DNA of 64,000 nt from Paramoeba atlantica (GCA_977017575.1 CDRNVI010000014.1:372001-436000); one strand, 5' to 3'. Numbered from the stretch's first letter, positions 35,332-44,848 are shown. The notes: generated from the sequence alone by a model not told the origin. A program made the numbers and translations.

Positions 35332-38300
35332 CTATGTCACTACCATAGGATCCGTGGGATCCGGCACGCAGATGCGTGAAACCATCATTCTGGCTTGGGA
35401 ACGCATCAGGGCAATGTTGAGCTCCGTTAGGAGGTCATTTCGCGCTTGGCTCCGTGAGAGAAGCTCTTTTGACGCATTAGCCCGTTGTGCTCCGATATTA
35501 CGGAGAACCGAGAGCGCACTTTCGCTCCAAGAGCCAAAGGATTCGACGACCATAGCTTCGAAAAGGTGTCCCGCATCTTCCGCTTCTTGTCGCTGCCTCG
35601 CCTTCGTCTCGGCGTACTGACCGGCAAAAGATCCTGGTGTCACCAAGCTAGCAGTACGGACTAGGTCCAAATACTTCATTTGCTGTGCATGTGTGACTGC
35701 AAAATCTAATACCATTCCTTGCGCCAGAACTCACTTTTCCAGAGAGCCAGTAGGAAGAAAAACGTCCGCGGGTCTAGTGAGAGCGCCACCTGGGCCTCGG
35801 TTTCCCAGACTCTTTTCTCTTTGTGGTTGAAGAAAGGCCTTGCTGCAGAAAGAAGTGAACTGATGTGCCAGGGCGTTGTGGCGGGATATCAAACCGTGTC
35901 CGTTTTTACATAGTATGGCGTGCTCTCCATTCTTTAGCAATGGGAGGGTGCAGCCTTCTGCTGGGCATGTTCGATCTTCCGGGAAGACGTCCATTCCAAG
36001 CCACCAACGCGAAAGAGTCCTGAACTCAGTTTTAGTAAAAGCGTAACCTCTGCTCTTTGAGGGTACTACGAAGGCCCAGTTTCCTGCTCCTCTTCCCGAT
36101 TGTGAAACCCACCGGGCCCTGGTTCTTGCCTCTGCTTTTCGGTATGCTGCCGTGAACTCCTGCTCTGATATTGCTTCACTCAGATGTTTTTGACGAGGGA
36201 CAATTGTTTCCGGTTCAGAAACATCTGCGGGGAGTGGTGGTACCAGCGATGAGCCGAGTTTGCGCTTTGTGGGCCGGGAACTGGGGCTTCGCTTGTTGTT
36301 TTGGCGTTCCGGTATGAGAGAGGGCGGTTTAAGGATACGTCCCGTCTTTTCATCGACCAGCTCGACTCCTGCCTTATTATTCACGTCGCGAACAGCAGCG
36401 GCAAATCCTTGGGCTTCCGTGGGGTCCCATTTGTCTATTTCTGCGGCGAATGCGACAGAGGAAACGTAGGCGGCCGACTGATGTAGGGCTGAAGATCGGA
36501 GGCCGAATCCCCCGTGACGTTTGGGTCTTTGTATTTGGTCCTTGGCATTAGCATCGAGGGGAAAGAGTGCAATTTCGACAGCCTCTGTTAAGTGTTTGTC
36601 GAGCTCTTGAGGCAGTTCTCCGAGAGCTTGCGGGGGGGTAGTCCTTAGAGCGTGAACCATCTGGCAAAAGCCGGCACATTGTCGTATTAAGGAGAGGGCG
36701 ACTTGGGGATCTTCTATCAGCGTTGTGGCCCCTAGGGTTTCGCTGGCTGGATCGATGGCATGGGTCCTAAGGAAGTCCGTACAGTGTTCTGCCGAGCCAA
36801 CTGGGGTACCTAGGATCTCAAAATTGCCGTCGTACCGTATCTTTTCGCTTGGTATGTCCGGAAATAAAGTCGACGTATGTGCTGATGCTGGGGGTGTGAT
36901 AATCTCGCACTTGGAGAGGTTTAGAAAAAGTCCCCACTTTGGACCGACCTCTGCTAGAATGTCCAAAGCTTTTCTGACTTCCTGGGGTTCCCCTATTAGC
37001 ACCCCGTTGTCGAGGTACCAAAGCTGATTTAGAAGATGAGACCTGGATGCTATGTCCTCCGTTACCTCTGCCAATACCAACGAAAATAATAGGGGGCCCA
37101 GGGGATCTCCTTGCTGTACTCCCTCCGCTGAGGGGATAAAGGAATTATCAAAGGTAAGGCAGCTGGGGTTTGCGTAACACCACTCCACCCATGGTGACAG
37201 CTCGGGAAAATGCTTACGTGTAAGGAAAATAAAAGCTGGTCTGCTCACGTTATTGAATGCGTTTCGGAGGTCTACTTTGCAGAAAGTTATATTGTCGTTT
37301 TCCAGATTGTTGAACATTAGTCGGCGGCAGAGATGAATGACTCGCTCTGATCCGGCAGCCGCTGCAACCCCGTACTGCCTGCGACCGAAGAAGGATCCCG
37401 CCTTTTCTTTTGCGGAGACGCAGGCAGCTTTGCTCACCATCCGTCGAAGGGTTTCTCCTGCTGCAATAGGTCTCACGTCGTCCTCTCCCTTTTCTAGTGC
37501 ACAAAGTCTGGCTCCTGCGAAGAAAGGGTGTGCTTCGTCAGGAGCTTTACCCGCCAGGAGATGATTCGCGAAGGAAGTGAGTGCTGAGAGGGAGTTTAAA
37601 TTATGGTCCACATGTTCTAGGATCGCTGCTTGCAGATGTTCTGGTCGTAGCCCCATGGTTCCAGCTGAAGATCCGCGGCGAAAACCGTTAACAACTTTCT
37701 TTACCTCCGATTCGTCAAGTTGCAAAATGCTTTCTTCCAATGGTGGAAACGGGCAGGTGATGGGATTCCCGTGAGGACTAGGGTGTTTTTCCTCTAGCTT
37801 TTGAAATGTTTCGGCGTTGTAAGGGGCTAGTGGCGCGGCGGTAAGTGCAGCCATTCCCCGGGAGTATTCACCTTGACGGGTTAGAATTTCTGCTCGTATG
37901 GCAGCCTTCTCCGCTTCGTTCTCATTGCTGAGAGTGTTCCCTTTGGAAGGCTTTCTTTCGTGATCAGAGACAGCCTCGTCCCATAGGGTGGCGTGTTGTC
38001 CTGCAATCCAGAGTTCCATTCGCTTCAGGACGTAAGAGGAATATGAAATGTGGGCTTTGCGTCCTCCTCGGTGTGGAGCTGGAAGTACACACTTCGGGAG
38101 CATGGCAAGGAGCGTCCACGCCCTGGCCGAATTTTCATCTACCGCGGAGGAAAGGGCTGCTGTCAGTATCTTAGACCATAAGTGTCGACATCGATGCGGA
38201 ACGTCCTTGCACGTGATTATTGGGGTTGTACACACTGTCTCCAGCGGTGGTAGGTTGTCTGTGCCCTGAACATCGTAAATAGCCTCGCCTAGGCACTCTG

Positions 38301-39057
38301 ATGTTTGTGAGGGTGAAGTTGTTTGCACAGCTCGTCCTTTGCAGTGCTTCGGGTGTGATGTTAACTTGTTGACGTCGTAATGTCGGCCGCATGCGTTGCA
38401 GAGGAATCGTCCCTCTTTCTCCCACCATTCGTTGGACACGCTGTTCCCGTGTCGGTAAGCTACATGGTTGTAGTAAGACTGCCATTGTCCGCCGTGGGCT
38501 TGGGTTGTCCAGGAGCAGTTTTCTGCAGGGCATTCTCGTTGTCCAGGGTGATCTTGGGAGGGCGGTGCTTCGCTGTGGTGTGATCGATGTGGGGTTGTAG
38601 GTGCTATCGTTTCCTCTTTTCTTGGCGTAGCCTTTTCTCGCACTTTTTGATGAGATTTCGCGATTCCTCGAGTGTGCCCCTTAGCGTTTGAAGGTGTCAT
38701 GCATGATTTGCGTCGGGCAAACTTTTTTGTAACGGAGTCTCCGTCGGACTGCGTCTCTTGGCCTGATTCGAGGACTCGTGAATGGATTGTTTCCTCGTCG
38801 CCGATATTTTCTTGTCCTGTGTCGGGTGTTTGTTTTTCGGCTGAAATCAGGGCCGCATTTTTATGCCATCCGTCCGGAATGTTGGTAGGGATCGGTGTTG
38901 CATAGAGCAAATCATTGTACGTACTCGGCTGCTTGATCAGGTGAGCATTTCCAGCGAATTGATCCCAGGATCCTGTTTCGTGTGATACTTCCTCACGTAA
39001 AAACGACTCATCATCCATCGAGGGGGGTGTTTCATGTAAGGGATCGCCTCCCGACAT
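35332..39057 (-). pseudogene. A1 polyprotein: LsmAD-like domain, 2 zinc fingers, RT, CCHC, RLE; interrupted by one TGA
   Basis: WDQFAGNAHLIKQPSTYNDLLYATPI, CPAENC..HVAYRH, CNACG..HC, VRPIAAGE, VDLRNAFN, GVQQGDPLGP, YLDNG (YLDDG in siblings), RPADVF..LDFAV. Confidence 0.88.
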
Positions 39058-39105
39058 TAAAAGGAACCGCGTACCTGGAAAAGAGATGAAATAAGGAAAA
39101 TAATT

Positions 39106-39141
39106 CAACAAGGTACAGAAACTGTATCTTTATCGTTAAAG
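39106..39141 (-). other. Spliced-leader-exon-like 36-mer at the 5' end of A1
   Basis: CTTTAACGATAAAGATACAGTTTCTGTACCTTGTTG shares TAACG, GATACAGTTTCTGTAC and terminal TTG with kinetoplastid SL exons. Confidence 0.8.
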
Positions 39142-39212
39142 TTTTTTTTTTTTTTTGTTCGGGTCGAAGACCCATGGTTCCGGCGGAGGAGCCGCGGTGA
39201 AAACTATTCACG
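39142..39212 (-). other. Poly(A) plus a 57-bp internal fragment of the A2 ORF
   Basis: 39157-39213 matches about 47222-47278 (encodes NSFHRGSSAGTMGLRPE). Confidence 0.85.
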
Positions 39213-39894
39213 GAATTTTACATCATAATATATTTAGAAAAGGAAAACAAATTTCATATTGTTCGCAAAGACATTCGATTAACTCATATACAAACCTATA
39301 CATGATTCCAAGTTATCTCCTATGTCAAAAAAGATGAAACAATGTCACAGCTGCGCAAAAGACAAAACATAAATATCCCATGACAATAACATACACTTAC
39401 CTCTCCCTTTCAACGAGCTTGCGAACGGGTCCAACGCGGGGAGTGGTTTGGGGGCTGGTGGGAGGGGAAACTTTTGTCGAGAACAGTAAACCTGAGTAAT
39501 TGAATTATCAATATTCGAATATCGTACTACGGGATATTTGTATATCAGTATTAACACAATTTTATTGTTTAAAACAAAAACAGGTACAATGCCCCCCGGC
39601 GGGGCATCCTATCCATATCACTTCGAAAATATATTTCTCGTCAAATTCTATCCGTAAACTTCAAGAATTTTACATCATAATATATTTAGAAAAGGAAAAC
39701 AAATTTCATATTGTTCGCAAAGACATTCGATTAACTCATATACAAACCTATACATGATTCCAAGTTATCTCCTATGTCAAAAAAGATGAAACAATGTCAC
39801 AGCTGCGCAAAAGACAAAACATAAATATCCCATGACAATAACATACACTTACCTCTCCCTTTCAACGAGCTTGCGAACGGGTCCAACGCGGGGA
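39213..39894 (-). repeat. Split direct repeat terminus: B2 (39213-39442), A2 (39443-39664), B1 (39665-39894)
   Basis: The two B copies appear identical at offset 452. A2 resembles the 5' end of YR copy 1 (12180-12400): aaactttt(c)gtcg, aaaaaca..gtacaatgccc.ccggc, aattct..cgtaaact. Confidence 0.85.
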
Positions 39895-40773
39895 CCACCC
39901 ATTCGCCAGTCCAACACATACCCACTCGCAGGTACTGCTACTTGCCCCAAGCGAGAAGTTGGGAGGGTGAGGTTCATGTCTTCTCTGCACCTGTTGCATG
40001 AATTGTCGAAACGCGCTTCGCTTAAAGGAACAAGGGGTCCAGGAACACTGAAGCAAAAGCGGTGGAACTCTCGAGCGCCAAAAATCTTTTGCAGCTCGGG
40101 TTTTGCTGGTATTCTTCGAAAGTGCCGGGCAAGCTTGTTCACACAGGAATCGAAGGGTTCAGTTGTACGGATGAGGAATCAGTGGGTCTCTAGAGCGCCA
40201 AAAATCTTTTTCAGCTCGGGCCCTGCTGAGATTCATCAAATGTCTCTGCATCCCTCCCTCACGCAACCGAAGCTCTTGAAGCCCCCTGCTACGATAAACG
40301 TCTATTGCGTGCGTGTGAAAAATGTTCCCAGATGGAGCGATAACTCTAGAGCGCCCAAAACTCCCTTTCAGCTCGGGCTGTCGATCCACCAGGTTCAATT
40401 TCTCCTTACGCTTTTTAAGACTGAGAGGATAAAAATGGAGGCTCTCCAAGAAGACGTGCAGAATGGCAGTATTAGGGAAGTTGGAAAGAAGTGTGAAGGT
40501 GAGTAGTCAAAGGCTGCGAGTTGCAGCAAACAGATCGTGCGTCCTTCTAATGTTGAAGGCTTGAAAGTAGTAGTGCTTGATCTGCTACTCGTATGTGGCG
40601 CCTACTCCAGATACAAGAAAACGGTCTGCCTTATCCCACACACTTAATAACCTGTTTTTTTTTTTTTGATGATTCTATATACCAAATAAGTTATAAATAA
40701 GTTATAAATAAGTTATACTATATTTTTGGAACTACCTATATTTTGAATTAGATGAACTTTCAATTCATTTTGA

Positions 40774-43557
40774 CTACATGCGGCTGTACGGATCGGCAGG
40801 ATTTTCCTTCGAGCAAATATACTGGGCTTTAACGACCAACCCTTTACGCTTTAAATAATCCAACAAACGGCGAAGCTCCGACGTAATACCATCCGAATTA
40901 GACATCTTACGATTTAATGCCGCGACGCAGGAAGTGTTATCAACGAAGACATCTACACACGTATCCCTACCAAAGTGATGGCCAAATTTTTCAAAGGCGA
41001 GGCGAACGGCGCGTGCCTCTGCGCGATTGACTTCATACTCAAAATCAGGTGGCCACCGCGACCCAGCACAAACGACTTGCCCGTAATCCAAATACAGGAC
41101 CGCACCCCATCCCGTAGAGGATGCGTCTGTACACAAAATATGGTTATGCGGCACCGTGTCTGGGTGTGGAGGTGGATCGACGGGAGTTTTATACAACAGC
41201 TTATCTCGCCACTCCGAAAGTGCGATTCGCACCGGTGTCGGTAAGGAAACGGGCTTATCCAGCAAAGTAGGGTCGCGATTTAGATTATTAATCCGACGAC
41301 GAACAATTTTCATTTCCAAGTGATAGTGAGGAAGGTGAACACCCATTACAGCGGAGGCGAAAATAAGGCGGCCTACCCCCGATTCCAAAGATGCATAAGT
41401 GGCTGCAGCAAAGTCATCCTGTCGCAATCGCCGCGAAATTTTGTCTCCTAAAGCCACTTTCCCTTGTCTATGAAAATACTTGATTCCATTGAATGTGTAA
41501 ATCTGTGCGGGCGGCTCTCCACGATCTTTAAACAAGGCATTTAATCTGTCTGCTCTATCATCCACAAAACGAGCGTACTTATTTGCTATCTCATCCCGCG
41601 CGGCAAAACGGATACCATCAATATAAACGTCCAGTCCGGAATAAAAGAACGCGTGCTTTTCGGTACAGTAATTTCTGTCACCTGCTAGAGTTGCTGTCAA
41701 GGTGTGCATTAACTCGGGAGCGCACCGATGCCCCATGGGCATTACAGTCAATTCGTATAGATCCCCTTTTGCGTCTTTAAAGCGAAACTTTTGACGACTT
41801 TCCTCTGGTATTGCGACCTGCCAAAACCCACACGCCAAATCCCGTTTGACGGCACTTTCTTCTTTGGCGCGGTGCAGATAATACGCTGCATGTCTAACGG
41901 GGACATACGGTTCATATATTTCCTTAATGCGATCATTATCTGCCTGCGTCCACGCTATAAAACGACGACGTTCGGAATGTTCATGTTCACCAGGTTCCAC
42001 AACTGTGAAAGGTATCACCCAATCCAAAGACGGCCGCACCTTAGCTTCTTCGTCTGATACTCTGGAAATGAAACCCGCCGCTGCTAATTCCTTTATGTCA
42101 TTGTGCGGCAAAAACGACTTATATAGCGGAATGGTGGATGCCTGTTCCGGTAAACGTAATAAAGTCTCCAATGTCTCATCGAATCGATCACCAGTCGCCT
42201 CATTCATCATTTCTCTCAACTTCTTAACCGACATCCGGGGAATACCCTGCTTGATATGCAATGGAATAGAATAATCCTTCGGTAACGCGACCTTTGACGT
42301 CCTTCGCGTTCTGGTAATAGTGTGACGCACCTTTTCCTGTGGTATGTCATCCAAGAACTTACGAAAAATTTCACTTGCCTCTACATGATCCGTAACTTGC
42401 TGGTTGCTTTCTGCGTGCCCAACACCAACGCGGTGGTAACCGGGTCGGCGTTGTATCGAAGAAGCGAATCGAGGGACTGATGCTTTGCTAATCGTTGTAC
42501 TTCCTCGAGGCGCGTATTGCCCTTCACTACTTCCGCAAACAGCTGTGTTATTGCTCCTCGTTTCGCTGAGTGTGAGCCGAAACCTGTCCCCAGAATTCGG
42601 CGTATCTTCGCATCCACTTCGGATACCGATGTTCTTGACATCGGCCGCAACTGCCCCAGCTTTGTTATGTAATCCGCTAGACGATCCGTGCCCGGCCCTT
42701 CCACAACCGTATACATTGACGCTCGATACGGGTTGTACCGCGATGCTTTGGTCCGTCTGCCCCACCATATCACGATTCTTGTCGAAGACACTTCGTGGAA
42801 TCTGTCGCGTGTGAGCATCGCTGTCTCGGACCACCGGCTTGCCGCCTTCCAACAAAGCAGCAACGTATGTCTTTCGCTGTGAGGAAGGTGGTTCCACAAT
42901 TGTTTCAGTAACTCCGGCGTTAGTGGCGCCATTTGACGGTGCGGCTCCGTCGCACCCTCCGCCATGAGTGACTTGATGTAAAAACGTAGCGGGTTCGTTC
43001 CCTTGCCGGCTAAGTTGAGTAGGGACGCCAAACTTCCGGCGTATGACAACTTTCCTTGGATTTTGATTGGTAAACTTGCGATGAAAGTTACTGCATGAAT
43101 TGGGGTGATTTCGATTTGTTTCCAATGACAAAAGGCCGTCAACCTTTCCCACAACCTTGCCCTCGCCTGCCAAGTCGATGCGCTCCACATATTTCCCATC
43201 GCATCCAATGCCTGCCTGATTTCCGGGGTCATTGCTGTGACCCCCATTAGTAATTTCACTAGATTTCCGCGCGCCGTATCCGCTACTTGCAAACTCAAAG
43301 TTCCGCCGTAAAAATTCTCGCATCTCACGTATCTCCCTGATAAATTCTGCACATTGCGAACATCCACTGGTACAATGTTCTCTTCCACTCTTCTCCTTTT
43401 GGGAACTTGCATTAAAAGTGTCGTTCTGTTTCGTTTGAATGTTACTATAGAACTGGCCGTTAGGGTGTGGTTTTGTCAGAAACTCTTGCTGCTGTGGGCA
43501 GGGCCAGCCACCCGTCCTCGAAAATCCTGCTGGAATCGCTTCGGGCAGTTGCGCCAA
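40774..43557 (-). CDS. Pol (RT plus RNase H) of YR copy 2, intact 927 aa
   Basis: RRRFIAW, KRDLACGFWQ, PMGHRCAP, YIDGI, CTDASSTGWG, EARAV, VDNTS, NPADPYSR. Confidence 0.88.
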   Translation of the reverse strand: MAQLPEAIPAGFSRTGGWPCPQQQEFLTKPHPNGQFYSNIQTKQNDTFNASSQKEKSGREHCTSGCSQCAEFIREIREMREFLRRNFEFASSGYGARKSSEITNGGHSNDPGNQAGIGCDGKYVERIDLAGEGKVVGKVDGLLSLETNRNHPNSCSNFHRKFTNQNPRKVVIRRKFGVPTQLSRQGNEPATFLHQVTHGGGCDGAAPSNGATNAGVTETIVEPPSSQRKTYVAALLEGGKPVVRDSDAHTRQIPRSVFDKNRDMVGQTDQSIAVQPVSSVNVYGCGRAGHGSSSGLHNKAGAVAADVKNIGIRSGCEDTPNSGDRFRLTLSETRSNNTAVCGSSEGQYAPRGSTTISKASVPRFASSIQRRPGYHRVGVGHAESNQQVTDHVEASEIFRKFLDDIPQEKVRHTITRTRRTSKVALPKDYSIPLHIKQGIPRMSVKKLREMMNEATGDRFDETLETLLRLPEQASTIPLYKSFLPHNDIKELAAAGFISRVSDEEAKVRPSLDWVIPFTVVEPGEHEHSERRRFIAWTQADNDRIKEIYEPYVPVRHAAYYLHRAKEESAVKRDLACGFWQVAIPEESRQKFRFKDAKGDLYELTVMPMGHRCAPELMHTLTATLAGDRNYCTEKHAFFYSGLDVYIDGIRFAARDEIANKYARFVDDRADRLNALFKDRGEPPAQIYTFNGIKYFHRQGKVALGDKISRRLRQDDFAAATYASLESGVGRLIFASAVMGVHLPHYHLEMKIVRRRINNLNRDPTLLDKPVSLPTPVRIALSEWRDKLLYKTPVDPPPHPDTVPHNHILCTDASSTGWGAVLYLDYGQVVCAGSRWPPDFEYEVNRAEARAVRLAFEKFGHHFGRDTCVDVFVDNTSCVAALNRKMSNSDGITSELRRLLDYLKRKGLVVKAQYICSKENPADPYSRM
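42381..43412 (-). CDS. Tyrosine recombinase of YR copy 2, fully nested in another frame of pol
   Basis: AASRWSE, RTKAS, HSAKRG, AKHQ, LLRY; clearly homologous to 9977..10957. Confidence 0.88.
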   Translation of the reverse strand: MQVPKRRRVEENIVPVDVRNVQNLSGRYVRCENFYGGTLSLQVADTARGNLVKLLMGVTAMTPEIRQALDAMGNMWSASTWQARARLWERLTAFCHWKQIEITPIHAVTFIASLPIKIQGKLSYAGSLASLLNLAGKGTNPLRFYIKSLMAEGATEPHRQMAPLTPELLKQLWNHLPHSERHTLLLCWKAASRWSETAMLTRDRFHEVSSTRIVIWWGRRTKASRYNPYRASMYTVVEGPGTDRLADYITKLGQLRPMSRTSVSEVDAKIRRILGTGFGSHSAKRGAITQLFAEVVKGNTRLEEVQRLAKHQSLDSLLRYNADPVTTALVLGTQKATSKLRIM

Positions 43558-44171
43558 ATGTGATCAGGCGACCGACATCCAAAGCATAATAAATTTCGTC
43601 GTGGAGGATATGCATTATGTCGCGGTGGGAACTGATTGGGACGCGAAACTTGCATAGATGGTGGAGCAGAGAAAGACCGAACACGTGCATATTGCTTCTG
43701 TCGCTCAACCAATTGATCATTCACGTGATGATAAAACTTGTCGTCCGGACGGATATCCTTCTCCATTTTTTGATGGACCAAGTCCACATCTACGCGGCGT
43801 GCTCGCCAGTACGCGTCAAGTGTCTGCACAATCCCACGTCCCATTTCGAGGTACACACCTTTATTCCAGTTGGGTATCAAACGCGCAAAAATAATCCACT
43901 TGCAAAATACAGAATTAAACAAACGCTCTTGCTGCTTAATAAACGTGCGATCATGATAAAACTGATTAACGCGTAAACCAAACTCAGGCGCATCCCGAAG
44001 CTCGCGAATCAGGTCCCTAGTGCGAAAACCATCGTCATCCGCCGCATTAATCCAAGGCTCGTAAGTCAAAGGTTCGTAGGCGTTCAATGCATTCGGGTCG
44101 AGTAATCTGCCTTCCCGTAAAGCCTCTGAAATTGGTGCGGCACCAGTTCTCCCCCCAATTACCTCTTGCAT
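43476..44171 (-). CDS. Gag-like protein of YR copy 2 (N-terminally incomplete)
   Basis: YEPLTYEPWINA..LREAPEFGLR shared with copy 1; CFGCRSPDHIWRNC knuckle. Confidence 0.8.
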   Translation of the reverse strand: MQEVIGGRTGAAPISEALREGRLLDPNALNAYEPLTYEPWINAADDDGFRTRDLIRELRDAPEFGLRVNQFYHDRTFIKQQERLFNSVFCKWIIFARLIPNWNKGVYLEMGRGIVQTLDAYWRARRVDVDLVHQKMEKDIRPDDKFYHHVNDQLVERQKQYARVRSFSAPPSMQVSRPNQFPPRHNAYPPRRNLLCFGCRSPDHIWRNCPKRFQQDFRGRVAGPAHSSKSF

Positions 44172-44614
44172 GCCGGCAGCCTCATTACGTGAGCCCAGCT
44201 GATGCGTTTCATCGGTGAGTAATTGCGAAGAGTTCTTTTTTTTAGCCTTGCAACTAGCGGTACTTCCTCAGAAACTAGGCGGCCTAGGATTGATCTCCTC
44301 GACTTTGAAGCAGAAATACTACTTTGAAACTGCCCGGAAATCTATTGTTGATTTTTTTTTTTTTTTTTGCAATTAATAAGGGGGGAGAAGTATGAATCGC
44401 GGCATTGCCTCTATATTTTGACCCAGTAGACGAACCAAGTAGGTCCATTGGGGGGGGGTATACGAGTTGAAAACAAGCAATCAAATTAGCAATTCTTTTT
44501 CTGTCCACAGATGTACCTTTTTTCTCAGCCCAAAACTAGCAATTTAGTCTCCCCTAAGTATATACTACAAACAAGAAAAACAGTAAAAATTAAAACAAGC
44601 AATCCATGCCCAAT

Positions 44615-44848
44615 CCATTCGCGCGTTCCGGACCGGGTCTTTCGACCTCTCCACGGCCTGACTTGTGAACCCTTCCCTTGTTATATGGGAGGGCGCAGGC
44701 GCGGGCCTGTGTCGACAGCGACACGGTCACGAAACAGGATGCTGGCCGACGGGGAGGAGATTCACTACCCGTGTACTACCTCACTTGGGGTACCTAGCCC
44801 TCGCGGGCTAGGCGTGAGTATAGACTCTGTCGACCCGACCAGCATCCG
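44615..44848 (-). ncRNA. Conserved structured RNA module in the group-2 3' UTR (other copies near 34370, 35070, 49077, 51105, 55530 partial, 55850, 60275, 62135)
   Basis: Stems with GNRA loops on the element sense strand (GGTC-GAAA-GACC; CCTAGCCC-GCGA-GGGCTAGG) and compensatory changes between subfamilies. Confidence 0.7.

Larger units (their letters stand above)
34804..39141 (-). mobile_element. Full-length CRE/SLACS-like group-2 element A1 (one nonsense codon)
   Basis: SL-like 36-mer, 5' UTR, ORF from ATG 39057 to 35332, structured 3' UTR, poly(A). GGA>TGA at 35731-35733 compared with the copy at 60538. Confidence 0.9.
39213..44350 (-). mobile_element. VIPER/TATE-like YR retrotransposon copy 2; 5'-truncated, with 3' split direct repeats B1-A2-B2
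   Basis: gag 43476..44171, YR 42381..43412, pol 40774..43557; 230-bp direct repeats at 39213-39442 and 39665-39894. Confidence 0.85.

Noticed and set aside
10596-35733. Stop-codon reassignment (Blastocrithidia-type), suggested by single in-frame stops at 10596 (TAA), 14908 (TGA) and 35731 (TGA)
   Set aside because: Five ORFs of 900-1600 codons are open in the standard code. The 35731 TGA is GGA in the sister copy, and the others sit at non-Trp, variable positions, consistent with point mutations or sequencing errors.
39106-39141. Intact SL RNA gene
   Set aside because: The exon-like motif is not followed by a GT-initiated intron, Sm site and T-tract terminator at any of the five sites; the element 5' UTR follows instead.
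39890-39990. HDV-like ribozyme suggested by GGCGAATGGG and TTCTCGC on the minus strand
   Set aside because: P1 and P3 could not be formed consistently. GCGAATGGG is better explained as one arm of the conserved hairpin shared with YR copy 1.
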